DNA of 64,000 nucleotides from IMG/VR virus record IMGVR_UViG_3300036792_000363, positions 1 to 64,000 of that record. One strand, written 5' to 3'. The position numbers and the translations under genes were made by a program. The notes beneath the pieces were generated by a model. That model had not been told where the DNA came from. It worked only from the letters and a program-made list of their open reading frames with translations, and made no database searches. This document shows, piece by piece, positions 1 through 7,669 of the stretch. Position 1 is the first letter of the stretch, and every line of letters begins with the position of its first letter. The stretch comes from a virus.

Positions 1-642
1 TCACTTGTACTTGGTAGCCATGGCGATGGCCAGGACGATGGGCGCGCCCGGCTCGCTCACCTCGGGGGTGCCGGTGCCGTGTCCGGTGCCGTGCGTCTGC
101 CGCTCGATGACGTGCGTCGTGTCGGCGATGAACGCGGCCATCAGCCCGTCCTCCTTGGCGTGGCGGAACATGACCCGCACCCCGTCCACCCGGTGGTCCG
201 CGGGCACCTCGTCTCCCGTCCACGCCGCCAGCCAGTCGGCCTCACCCGAGATCAGGCCGGCCATGGTGCCGTCGGCCAGCTGGTAGACCGCCATCAGGGT
301 GCCGGAGTAGTCGGTCACGTAAGCGGGCCGGTCGGCCAGCAGCACGCGGGTGGACGGCAGGTCGAAGCCGTCGTGCAGGAAAGCGCCCATGTTCGGCACC
401 TGCTTGCCCGACGGACTGACCTTCCCGTTCACCGCGTACGCGCCGGGGACGTCCGCGCTCAGGTTGTACTCCGCCAGCAGCGGGGCGATGCGGGCGGCGC
501 GGGTGATCCAGTACTTGTTGGTCGCCCACTGCTCGCCGTCGGCCTCGCCCACGTACAGGTCAACGGGGCCGTACTTGGCGGTGCTGTGCCCGCGGATGAT
601 GAACTTCTTGAGCTGGTTCGCGTTGGGAATGGTGCTGGTCAT
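1..642 (-). CDS. Hypothetical phage protein (213 aa)
   Basis: ORF preceded by shared leader GGCAGGCAC-ATG and a class I promoter. Confidence 0.75.
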   Translation of the reverse strand: MTSTIPNANQLKKFIIRGHSTAKYGPVDLYVGEADGEQWATNKYWITRAARIAPLLAEYNLSADVPGAYAVNGKVSPSGKQVPNMGAFLHDGFDLPSTRVLLADRPAYVTDYSGTLMAVYQLADGTMAGLISGEADWLAAWTGDEVPADHRVDGVRVMFRHAKEDGLMAAFIADTTHVIERQTHGTGHGTGTPEVSEPGAPIVLAIAMATKYK

Positions 643-681
643 GTGCCTGCCCTCTCTCTGGCTCGGATGCCTGGCGCCAGT

Positions 682-1401
682 CTAGGTGTCAGCTTGACTT
701 GAGTCAAGCTCAGCTAGAGCATCGAGCGCGTCCAGCCGGTCCAGCCTCGCCGTGCTGCACTCGGGCGCGTGCCTGCCCTCGCGTCCCTTGCAGCTGAAGC
801 AGCGCCTCGGCCCGGCGTGGTAGGCCCGCTCCTCGGCCAGTTCCTGCGCGGCGAGGGGAGCGCCCGGCGCCACCTCGACCGCCACCTTCCACGTGGTCAT
901 GTCCCACATGTCGACCGCGAACTCGGCCAGCCCGTCGGCGTTCACCCCCAGCTCGTGCACGTCGATCGCGAACGAGGAGTCGCCGTCGGCCGGCACCGCG
1001 CGCCCGGCCACCTCCGCCGCGTACTGCGCCGCGGTGATGCCGTCGGCGCGGCACTGCTGCGCCAGCACGCGGTCCTCGCGCGCCTCCGCCGTCAGCACGG
1101 CCACCTCGGCGTCGTAGGCCAGGTGGTGGACGTAGCCGAGGTCGTCCCGGTGGCAGTCGTGGCACCAGCCGTGCGAGCCGATCTGGTGCATCTGCGCGTC
1201 GTCACCCGCGCGCGGCCACCAGTACCAGCCGGAGGTGACCAGGTACGCCCCGTCAGCGTAGATGTCGATGTGGCCGTCCATCCTGTCGGCCATGACGCAC
1301 ACGTCGGCCAGGCTCGCGCCCTCGCGCGGCTGGAACAGCGCCAGCTTGCCGTCGTCTGCCTCGTCCCAGTCGCGGGTGCGCAGCTCGTAGGCGGTCATCA
1401 T
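682..1401 (-). CDS. Hypothetical protein with Cys/His clusters; 3' end reads through the next operator and stops in the TAG of the -10 box
   Basis: ATG-ATG start after GAAGGGGG; CHDCH and CFSC..H..C motifs; ends LDSSQADT*. Confidence 0.65.
   Translation of the reverse strand: MMTAYELRTRDWDEADDGKLALFQPREGASLADVCVMADRMDGHIDIYADGAYLVTSGWYWWPRAGDDAQMHQIGSHGWCHDCHRDDLGYVHHLAYDAEVAVLTAEAREDRVLAQQCRADGITAAQYAAEVAGRAVPADGDSSFAIDVHELGVNADGLAEFAVDMWDMTTWKVAVEVAPGAPLAAQELAEERAYHAGPRRCFSCKGREGRHAPECSTARLDRLDALDALAELDSSQADT
693..708 (-). promoter_or_regulatory. Class I promoter/operator: TTGACT-N17-TAGACT with palindrome CTTGACT-N2-AGTCAAG
   Basis: + strand AGCTTGACTTGAGTCAAGCT (691-710); AGTCTA 17 bp to the left. 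Confidence 0.85.
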
Positions 1402-1661
1402 GCCCCCTTCGGGTCGATGCAGGTGTCGCCCGCGCTCCGCAGGTAGTTGGCGGCCAGAGCGGGCTCGGCCAGCAGCTCGCGCATCGACCAGTGCGACCCG
1501 ATGAGCAGATCCTGCCCGGCCGGGCCCCAAGCGTGCCAGGACCAGGCGCCGATGCCCGTGCGGCGGTTGCGGTAGGTGCGGACCAGCCGGGTGCCCTCGG
1601 GCAGGTCCAGGCCCGGCAGCTCCTCGCGCAGCCGCTTCAGCAGCCGCTCCTGAACGGTCAT
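1398..1661 (-). CDS. Hypothetical protein
   Basis: ORF coupled to neighbours; start chosen at MTVQERLL. Confidence 0.6.
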   Translation of the reverse strand: MTVQERLLKRLREELPGLDLPEGTRLVRTYRNRRTGIGAWSWHAWGPAGQDLLIGSHWSMRELLAEPALAANYLRSAGDTCIDPKGA

Positions 1662-1662
1662 C

Positions 1663-2064
1663 TCACGCCTCCGGGACCGGCGCGCAGACCTGGCAGTACA
1701 GGTCGTAGTCCTTGCGCCGCCCGTGCTCGTCGCACGCCGGCTTGTCGCAGATCGCGCAGTAGCCGTCGGCCGGCTTCCCGCAGATGAAGCACGGCAGGTT
1801 GCCGTCCTCGTCATCGTCGCCCTCGTCAGCGGGGGCCAGCTGCGCGAAGCACCTGGCGTGCGTGCCGGAGATCAGCGCCTCGCGCTCGGCGGCGCTCATG
1901 CCCGGGAACGCGTCCTGCGCGAACGCCCCGGCCCTCCAGCGGGCCACCGCCTCGGGGTCGAGCCGGTCGACCGCGACCGGCACCCCGCACATCATGCACG
2001 AGCGCCGGGCGGTCCACCTGATGGTGCCGTCCTCGTTCTGGGTGATGTCCCCTGCCACGGCCAT
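1663..2064 (-). CDS. Small putative zinc-binding protein
   Basis: Several CxxC/CxxH pairs (CMMC, CFIC, CAIC, CDEH, CQVC); shared leader upstream. Confidence 0.7.
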   Translation of the reverse strand: MAVAGDITQNEDGTIRWTARRSCMMCGVPVAVDRLDPEAVARWRAGAFAQDAFPGMSAAEREALISGTHARCFAQLAPADEGDDDEDGNLPCFICGKPADGYCAICDKPACDEHGRRKDYDLYCQVCAPVPEA

Positions 2065-2111
2065 GGCTGCCTGCCTCTCGCTCGGATGCCTGACGCCAGT
2101 CTACGCACCCG

Positions 2112-2127
2112 CTTGACTCCAGTCAAG
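2112..2127 (-). promoter_or_regulatory. Class I promoter/operator
   Basis: CTTGACTCCAGTCAAG; minus strand TTGACT-N17-TAGACT. Confidence 0.85.
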
Positions 2128-2129
2128 AC

Positions 2130-2168
2130 AAAAGGCAGCGGGACGGCTGGTGTGGCCGTCCCGCTGCC
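2130..2168 (-). terminator. Intrinsic terminator directly upstream of a class I promoter
   Basis: 14-bp stem GGCAGCGGGACGGC/GCCGTCCCGCTGCC followed by a U-tract on the minus strand. Confidence 0.75.
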
Positions 2169-2178
2169 CTGCCCTCGT

Positions 2179-2667
2179 CTACTCGGTGACGGCGCCCGTG
2201 CGCGGGTCCACCTTGACCACGGTGAGGTGGTCGTGGCTGAGCCGGCCGTAGCGGTCGCCGTTGCCGCCCAGCCGGGCGACGTTGACCAGACGGCCCTTGT
2301 CCGCCATGACCACGGCCAGGTCCCCGTTCGAGATCACTTCGCTGATCTTGCCGGCCTTCAGGCCGTGCACGCGCACCAGGGTGCCGCACACCAGGTGCTC
2401 GCCGGGCTTGAGCATCTTCGCCGCGTCCGGGTGCTCGACGAACAGCACCTTGGCCAGTTCGATGAGCGTGGACCCGAACTCGGGGACGCTCACGGTCGCG
2501 TAGGTCTTGCCCTCGTAGCGCTCGAACTCCGTGATGGGCCCGGAGAACCCGTGCCCGCGGTTGATGAACACCACCACGTCGCCCAGCTTGTAGGTGTGGG
2601 GCCCGTACGGCGCGGGGAACCTGATGACCGCGGTGGTGATGGCCTCGGTGTCGGTGGTGCTGGTCAT
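2179..2667 (-). CDS. Hypothetical protein (possibly SH3/KOW-like beta domains)
   Basis: Start MTSTTD after GAGAGGCAGGCAC leader. Confidence 0.7.
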   Translation of the reverse strand: MTSTTDTEAITTAVIRFPAPYGPHTYKLGDVVVFINRGHGFSGPITEFERYEGKTYATVSVPEFGSTLIELAKVLFVEHPDAAKMLKPGEHLVCGTLVRVHGLKAGKISEVISNGDLAVVMADKGRLVNVARLGGNGDRYGRLSHDHLTVVKVDPRTGAVTE

Positions 2668-2730
2668 GTGCCTGCCTCTCTCGGTGATGCTCGGTCTGGT
2701 CTTGCTCTCGGCACGACAGTACCGCTGTTG

Positions 2731-2746
2731 CTTGACTTGAGTCAAG
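2731..2746 (-). promoter_or_regulatory. Class I promoter/operator
   Basis: CTTGACTTGAGTCAAG; minus strand TTGACT-N18-TACTGT. Confidence 0.8.
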
Positions 2747-3230
2747 CGCCAAGCTCCCACTTCCCGGCCTCGGCCAGCCTGAGCAGCTTCTCCCACTGGC
2801 TCAGCTGGGCGTCATCGCGCATGACCAGCGGGCCCAGCGCCACGTCCAGCTCCGCCAGGCGGGCGCGGACGTCGTTGGCCCGCGCGTCCATGAGCGTCTT
2901 CTCGGCCTCCCTGGCGGAGCGCGCGGAAAGATCCAGTTCCCATTCCGCGGGCGTGTACCAGCGGGCGGCGCGGACGTCGCCCGCCTTCACCAGCGCGCCC
3001 TCGGCCGTCATCTTGCCGAGCGCCCGCACGATCTTGGCGCGGAACGCGGCGTACGCTCGGTCTTTCGGGTACCCGCGCGGCACGTCCTCGTCGCTCCATC
3101 CGACAGCCTCCGCCACGGCCATGACGAAGCCGTAGCCCAGCACGAACCCGCCGCTCGGCGAGCGCTCCTGCGCCGCCGCCTGCTTGCGGGTTGCGGCCTC
3201 GATGTCGGCGAACCTGACGTCGGTTCCCAT
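2742..3230 (-). CDS. Hypothetical protein
   Basis: TGATG coupling with the upstream gene; start MGTDVRF. Confidence 0.6.
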   Translation of the reverse strand: MGTDVRFADIEAATRKQAAAQERSPSGGFVLGYGFVMAVAEAVGWSDEDVPRGYPKDRAYAAFRAKIVRALGKMTAEGALVKAGDVRAARWYTPAEWELDLSARSAREAEKTLMDARANDVRARLAELDVALGPLVMRDDAQLSQWEKLLRLAEAGKWELGA

Positions 3231-3466
3231 CACAGCCCCATCTCCCGGCGCCGCCGCGCCATCTCCTCGAACCCGGGGTCGCCCTTCAGCAGCGCGCCCG
3301 GGGCGTCGTAGCGCGCCTGCGCCTCCGCCGCCAGCTCCGGCCACGCGGTGCGGATCATGGCTGCGTTAGCGGTGTCCGCCTGGCGGAGGGCGGCGAAGAT
3401 GAGCGCGTAGAACGGGTGGTCCTCGGCCGCGAGGCGCCGGCCCTCCAGGTACTCGTGCAGGCTCAT
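3230..3466 (-). CDS. Hypothetical phage protein (78 aa)
   Basis: ORF with ATGA coupling; FYALIFAALRQAD helix. Confidence 0.7.
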   Translation of the reverse strand: MSLHEYLEGRRLAAEDHPFYALIFAALRQADTANAAMIRTAWPELAAEAQARYDAPGALLKGDPGFEEMARRRREMGL

Positions 3467-3702
3467 GACCCCTCCCCTCGGCGCGCTAGCTGCGCCAGCT
3501 GCATGATGCGCAGCCCGAGGTCCATCGCGTCCTCGGGGTCGAGATACACGTGCTTGCCGGGGAAGACGTCCGCGCCCAGCGTCACCCGCACCTCCCCGTT
3601 GTACCGGATCACCTTGACCGCGGTCCCGTCGGTTCCGATGAAGTCGGCCAGGTCGGCCAGCGGCGCGCCGCCCTCGGTGGTCATGTCCTCGGTCACTCGC
3701 AT
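3463..3702 (-). CDS. Hypothetical protein (79 aa)
   Basis: Follows the shared leader and class I promoter. Confidence 0.65.
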   Translation of the reverse strand: MRVTEDMTTEGGAPLADLADFIGTDGTAVKVIRYNGEVRVTLGADVFPGKHVYLDPEDAMDLGLRIMQLAQLARRGEGS

Positions 3703-3751
3703 GATGTGCCTGCCTCTCGCTCGGCTGCCTGGTGCCAGTCTAGGGCAGGTG

Positions 3752-3767
3752 CTTGACTCCAGTCAAG
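3752..3767 (-). promoter_or_regulatory. Class I promoter/operator
   Basis: CTTGACTCCAGTCAAG; minus strand TTGACT-N18-TAGACT. Confidence 0.85.
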
Positions 3768-3770
3768 ACA

Positions 3771-3808
3771 AAGCAGCACCCCCGGAGGTGCATGACTCCG
3801 GGGGTGCT
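3771..3808 (-). terminator. Intrinsic terminator
   Basis: 13-bp stem AGCACCCCCGGAG/CTCCGGGGGTGCT between a gene end and the next promoter. Confidence 0.7.
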
Positions 3809-3822
3809 GGCTCAGGGGCCGG

Positions 3823-4266
3823 TCAGGGGACGGTGACGGTGTACCGGCTGCTCGGGTGCTCCCGGTCGACCTCCAGCTTGACGGACGGCTGCCCGTCGCG
3901 CGGCAGGTGGAACGGCGCCCCGGAGTGAACATCCCGGAAGGCGGTACTGGTGGCCGGCTCCGACGTCACGCCGGCCGCCGCCAGCACGTTCGCGGCCTGC
4001 GCGCGGGTCTGGTCCCTGAAGACCAGTGGCTCGCGCGGAGGCTCGTGATGCCAGCCGCCGACGCGCTCCAGCGCCTCCGTCAGGTGCTTGCACACCGTGA
4101 CGGCCCGCCCGGCGTCGGTAAGGACGCTCTTGCCCTTGCGGTTGGTGAAGTCCGCGCAGTCGCAGTAGGGGAGGGTGACCAGGTGAACGGCCACGCCGTC
4201 CGACTGGCTGCGCACTGCCACCTGAACTGGGTAGACGGTCATGTCATAGTTCTTGCCTGCTGCCAT
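3823..4266 (-). CDS. SWIM-type zinc finger protein
   Basis: YCDCADF...VCKHL matches the CxC(xDF)...CKH SWIM signature. Confidence 0.75.
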   Translation of the reverse strand: MAAGKNYDMTVYPVQVAVRSQSDGVAVHLVTLPYCDCADFTNRKGKSVLTDAGRAVTVCKHLTEALERVGGWHHEPPREPLVFRDQTRAQAANVLAAAGVTSEPATSTAFRDVHSGAPFHLPRDGQPSVKLEVDREHPSSRYTVTVP

Positions 4267-4312
4267 GGGTGCCTGCCTCTCGGGTTGCCTACCCTCCCAT
4301 TATCCTATATTG

Positions 4313-4328
4313 CTTGACTGGAGTCAAG
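4313..4328 (-). promoter_or_regulatory. Class I promoter/operator
   Basis: CTTGACTGGAGTCAAG with an AT-rich -10 region (GATAAT at 17 bp). Confidence 0.8.
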
Positions 4329-4350
4329 TTGGAAGGTGCCCGGACGCAGA

Positions 4351-4392
4351 AGGACCCCCGGGCGCTACGGGGGATCACGCGCCGGGGGTCCT
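4351..4392 (-). terminator. Hairpin, probable terminator
   Basis: AGGACCCCCGG ... CCGGGGGTCCT inverted repeat. Confidence 0.5.
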
Positions 4393-4481
4393 CATGACGC
4401 GGCAGCGCGCGGGGCGGCGAGCTGCCGTTACTCGGGGCGGGGCGCTTGGGGTACGCCCGGCCGCTTTTCCGCTTCCCAGTA

Positions 4482-5255
4482 TCACACAGGATGGGCTTTA
4501 AGCCAGGCCTTGAACGGCATCTCGCGCCACTCGCCGGACAGCACGTACGCGTCGTAGGCCGGCTCCAGCTCGGCGGGCAGCGTGTCCGGGGCCGGTATCC
4601 CGCGCTGGCGGCACCCGGCCTCCGCCCACCCGGGCGGGTGCCCCTCGCCGTACCGGACGCAGCAGGTGGGCTGCATCGGCGCGTGCGCCGCCATGACCGC
4701 CAGCATCCGCAGCGCCACGTCCGCCCGCACGCCGGACAGATCGAGCGATATCGACTCCGGGTCGGTCAGCATGTAGGCCTCCGCCGTCCCCGACCCGTCC
4801 AGCCACTGCCCCAGATAGACCTTCCCGCCGTCCGGCTCGACGCCGAACAGCTCCGCCGCCCGGGCCATCAGCAGCTCCCTGGCCGCCTCCCTGCGGTCCT
4901 GCGCGGCCTTGCGGGCCAGCACCGCGGGCAGGTCGTCCAGGTACCCGGCCAGCAGCACCCGCCGGTTGGCCTCGCGCGCCACCGTCATCGCACCGCGGCC
5001 GGGGTCCACGTTGGCGCGGCGGACCGCGTGTGCTATCCCTTCCGGATACCGCCCCTCGACCGTCACCCGCTCCTCGGCGTGCAGCCCCCAGATGAGGCGC
5101 AGCACCGCGCCGTTGCCCGGGTTCGCGATATCGACCCACGGGAAGTCCGTGTCCGCGCCCGCGTTGCTGTCTCCGACCTTCCACGACTCGCCGCGCATCT
5201 GGCCCAGCCATGCCGCCGTGCCCGCGCCGAGCGCGGCCATCTCCTTGTGGTCCAT
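4482..5255 (-). CDS. Hypothetical protein
   Basis: Start MDHKEM after GAGAGAGGCAGGC leader. Confidence 0.65.
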   Translation of the reverse strand: MDHKEMAALGAGTAAWLGQMRGESWKVGDSNAGADTDFPWVDIANPGNGAVLRLIWGLHAEERVTVEGRYPEGIAHAVRRANVDPGRGAMTVAREANRRVLLAGYLDDLPAVLARKAAQDRREAARELLMARAAELFGVEPDGGKVYLGQWLDGSGTAEAYMLTDPESISLDLSGVRADVALRMLAVMAAHAPMQPTCCVRYGEGHPPGWAEAGCRQRGIPAPDTLPAELEPAYDAYVLSGEWREMPFKAWLKAHPV

Positions 5256-5472
5256 GCCTGCCTCTCTCACGTCGTCGCCCAGGGCGATGGGGTCGCCCAG
5301 CCGGGGCCGCTCGCGCCCTCGGGCGTCAGCACGGCCTCCGGGTCCTCCAGGTCCGGCAGCCCGGCGCACCTGCCCAGGTCGGTGTGCACCCACTGGAACG
5401 CCATCGTCGGCGGCCACAGCTGGACGAACACCCGCCGTCGGTGCGCCAGGCAGCTGGCGGTGGTCATGTAGC

Positions 5473-5628
5473 TCACCTATCCGGCCAGGTGATGAGACAG
5501 GCGATGACCGCGCCCAGGACCGAGCCCGCCGGGAGCGTGACGTACCACGGCTTCCGGGCGGCCAGGAACATGATGGCCACCGCTGCCAGCAGCAGGGCCA
5601 CCCCGGACCAGCGGGCGAACCTGCTCAC
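5473..5628 (-). CDS. Small membrane protein (two hydrophobic segments)
   Basis: VSRFARWSGVALLLAAVAIMFLAARKPWYVTLPAGSVLGAVIACLITW; GTGA coupling. Confidence 0.55.
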   Translation of the reverse strand: MSRFARWSGVALLLAAVAIMFLAARKPWYVTLPAGSVLGAVIACLITWPDR

Positions 5629-6014
5629 GTCCCCGCCGTCTCCCGCGCGGCCAGCCACTCGCGCCACGAGAGGCGGCCGGACACCCGCGCGTACTCCGGG
5701 TACAGCTCCGCGCCCTCGCCGTAGTGCGGGGACGGGTAGTCGTCCTCCGCCAGATGCGGCTCGCCGCGCTTGTCGTCGCCGGCCAGGGTCACCTCGTAGC
5801 CGGCCGCGTACCCGTGATCGAAGCTCAGGGTCATGCCCCACGCGGCCTTGTACATCCCGTCGGGGCCGTCGGAGTAGGCGATGCGCCAGTCCTCGCCCAG
5901 CGTGACCGCCGGGTGCCGGTACGGCTCGATCCGCGTGATGCGGTGCGGGGTGCTCAGGAACCACAGGTCGTCGCCGACGCGGACCTCCTGGCCCTTGACC
6001 TTGATGGTGGTCAC
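5625..6014 (-). CDS. Hypothetical protein (129 aa)
   Basis: GTGA-coupled ORF. Confidence 0.65.
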   Translation of the reverse strand: MTTIKVKGQEVRVGDDLWFLSTPHRITRIEPYRHPAVTLGEDWRIAYSDGPDGMYKAAWGMTLSFDHGYAAGYEVTLAGDDKRGEPHLAEDDYPSPHYGEGAELYPEYARVSGRLSWREWLAARETAGT

Positions 6015-6250
6015 GGCTGCGACCTGTGGACCTGGTGGTGGCGGCCGGTCAGGACCGCGCTAAGTCCGGCCTCGTACTGCTCCAGCACCTCGACCGGCAC
6101 CACGGCGGCGACGGGCTTGCCGTGCTCGTCCGTCAGCCAGGTGCTGCGGTCCTGGTCGCTGGCCCGGTCGATGGCGTCATAGATCTTGTCCTGGCACTCC
6201 TGGGCGCTCAGCCCGAACACGCCCGCCGTCTCGGTTGCGGTGAGAATCAT
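6011..6250 (-). CDS. Phd/YefM antitoxin-like protein without an adjacent toxin
   Basis: Short protein with LTDEHGKPVAAVVPVEVLEQYE resembling the Phd/YefM beta-hairpin-helix. Confidence 0.55.
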   Translation of the reverse strand: MILTATETAGVFGLSAQECQDKIYDAIDRASDQDRSTWLTDEHGKPVAAVVPVEVLEQYEAGLSAVLTGRHHQVHRSQP

Positions 6251-6304
6251 GGTTGCCTGCCTTCTCTCGGTAGCTGCTCTGCTGCGCCGATCCTATTGAA
6301 GTTG

Positions 6305-6320
6305 CTTTACTCGTGTCAAG
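6305..6320 (-). promoter_or_regulatory. Class I promoter/operator, near-consensus TTGACA-N18-TAGGAT
   Basis: CTTTACTCGTGTCAAG; ATCCTA 18 bp to the left. Confidence 0.8.
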
Positions 6321-6330
6321 CTGAACCAGG

Positions 6331-6389
6331 AAAACGCGAAGCCCCGTCGGGAGTTTGGCAGGCATACCGAGCACCGACGGGGCTTCGCG
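6331..6389 (-). terminator. Intrinsic terminator with a 23-nt loop
   Basis: Perfect 16-bp stem 6335-6350/6374-6389 followed by UUUU. Confidence 0.8.
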
Positions 6390-6670
6390 CGAGGGGGAGA
6401 TCGCGTTCGAACACCCCTCGTCTTTCACCCGCCCGCGCGGCAGCTCTGGACCCCCACGCTGACGGGCAGCTATTCAATTATGGGTCCCAGGCCGGCGTTA
6501 CCGCGCCCCCTGGTCCGTAGCAGTGTTGAGCGGTGGCCGCTCTCATGCGTTCGCCAGGTTCGGCGGTCCCGGCCTCCCGGCCTGGGAGGCTCTTGTCCGC
6601 AGGACCGGGCGGGTTCTGCCCCATCCCTCCCGGCGCTTGCGTGCCGGCCGCTTCCGCGGTCCTGCGGGGT
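6331..6670 (-). ncRNA. Putative ~340-nt structured non-coding RNA
   Basis: Bounded by a TTGACA-N18-TACTCT promoter and a 16-bp terminator stem; several internal stems (e.g. perfect 11 bp 6597-6607/6657-6667); no convincing ORF with an RBS. Confidence 0.55.
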
Positions 6671-6691
6671 GATCTCAGAGTATCCGACCAG

Positions 6692-6707
6692 CTTGACTCG
6701 TGTCAAG
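6692..6707 (-). promoter_or_regulatory. Class I promoter/operator driving the putative ncRNA
   Basis: CTTGACTCGTGTCAAG; minus strand TTGACA-N18-TACTCT. Confidence 0.75.
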
Positions 6708-6830
6708 CAAGATCCCGGGATGGATCACCAGTGGGAGAATGGGCTGGCGGCGCGGCGGCCGGAGCCCTCTCGGGGCCGCTTCGGGGGACCTGGCCGCCGC
6801 GCCGACCATCCCCGTCACGGTACCACGTTG

Positions 6831-7412
6831 TCACGTCGCGCGCCTGCGCGAATGCGCCGCGTGACGACGGCCCGCCAGCCTGCGCAGCGCGGGCAGCGGG
6901 GCGGTATCCCGCATCTGCCCGCCGCGCTCGCGCTCCCACGCCAGCGCCAGGCCGTCGCGGGCCCGGCTGGCCAGCTGCGCCACCGCGTTGGGGGTCATGC
7001 CCGCCAGCGCCGCCAGCTCGGCCGGCTCGCGCCCCTCCACCTCGGTCTGCCACAGCACCGCGCGCCAGCGGGGCGGCAGCGAGTCGTAGGCGCGGCCGAT
7101 GACCGCCAGCTCCTCGCGCCGGCCCGCCACCTCGCCGGCGCCGGGCGCCGACCCGCGGCGCTCCGGGTCGGCCACGGGCGTCTCGCGCCAGCGGCCCGCC
7201 TGCCAGTCGCGCGCCAGGTTTCGCACCGCGGCCATCAGGTAGGGCCGGAACTCGCGGGGCCGCCCCAGCCGGGCGGAGGCGGCCAGCACGCGGGCGAACG
7301 CCTCCGCCACGATGTCCTCGGCCGCGCTCGGCGGCACCAGGGCCATGGCGGTGCGCAGCGCGGCGGGCTGGTGCCGCGCCCACAGCGCGGCGTCGGTGTC
7401 CGGCGTTGTCAC
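6831..7412 (-). CDS. ECF-type RNA polymerase sigma factor
   Basis: Region 2 AEDIVAEAF...FRPYLMAAVRNLARDW and region 4 SLPPRWRAVLW...ELAALAGMTPNAVAQLASRARDGL; likely leaderless (TAGCAT-N6-GTG). Confidence 0.9.
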   Translation of the reverse strand: MTTPDTDAALWARHQPAALRTAMALVPPSAAEDIVAEAFARVLAASARLGRPREFRPYLMAAVRNLARDWQAGRWRETPVADPERRGSAPGAGEVAGRREELAVIGRAYDSLPPRWRAVLWQTEVEGREPAELAALAGMTPNAVAQLASRARDGLALAWERERGGQMRDTAPLPALRRLAGRRHAAHSRRRAT

Positions 7413-7479
7413 CCGGGAATGCTAACGGCCGCGGAGCGGGCCCCGCGGCCGTTGTCGGAAGATGCGCGCGCTGCTCGGG

Positions 7480-7626
7480 TCACCGGCACCCTCCGCAGGT
7501 GCAGGGGCGGCGACCCGGCTCCAGAATCTGCAGCTCAGCGCACGTGTGCACGCCGTCGGGGTACGCGGCGTCGATGCGCCGCATGTTATCCAGGGTGGCC
7601 TCGAAGGCGGCGTCGGCGTTGCTCAT
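7480..7626 (-). CDS. 48-aa Cys-containing peptide, probably leaderless
   Basis: ATG 7 nt after the TAGACT -10 box; not in the ORF track; MSNADAAFEATLDNMRRID...CTCGGCR. Confidence 0.5.
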   Translation of the reverse strand: MSNADAAFEATLDNMRRIDAAYPDGVHTCAELQILEPGRRPCTCGGCR

Positions 7627-7648
7627 ACAGGCCAGTCTAACGTCGATG

Positions 7649-7664
7649 CTTGACTCAAGTCAAG
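7649..7664 (-). promoter_or_regulatory. Class I promoter/operator
   Basis: CTTGACTCAAGTCAAG; minus strand TTGACT-N18-TAGACT. Confidence 0.85.
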
Positions 7665-7669
7665 ACAGC

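Noticed and set aside
5625-6250. Complete toxin-antitoxin pair
   Set aside because: The gene downstream of the Phd-like ORF shows no RelE/Doc/PIN features I can recognise
6361-6375. Resemblance of ATACCGAGCAC to a segment I recall from actinobacterial Ms1 RNA
   Set aside because: Match is short, from memory, and on the strand opposite to the predicted transcript; better explained by complementarity to the phage leaders
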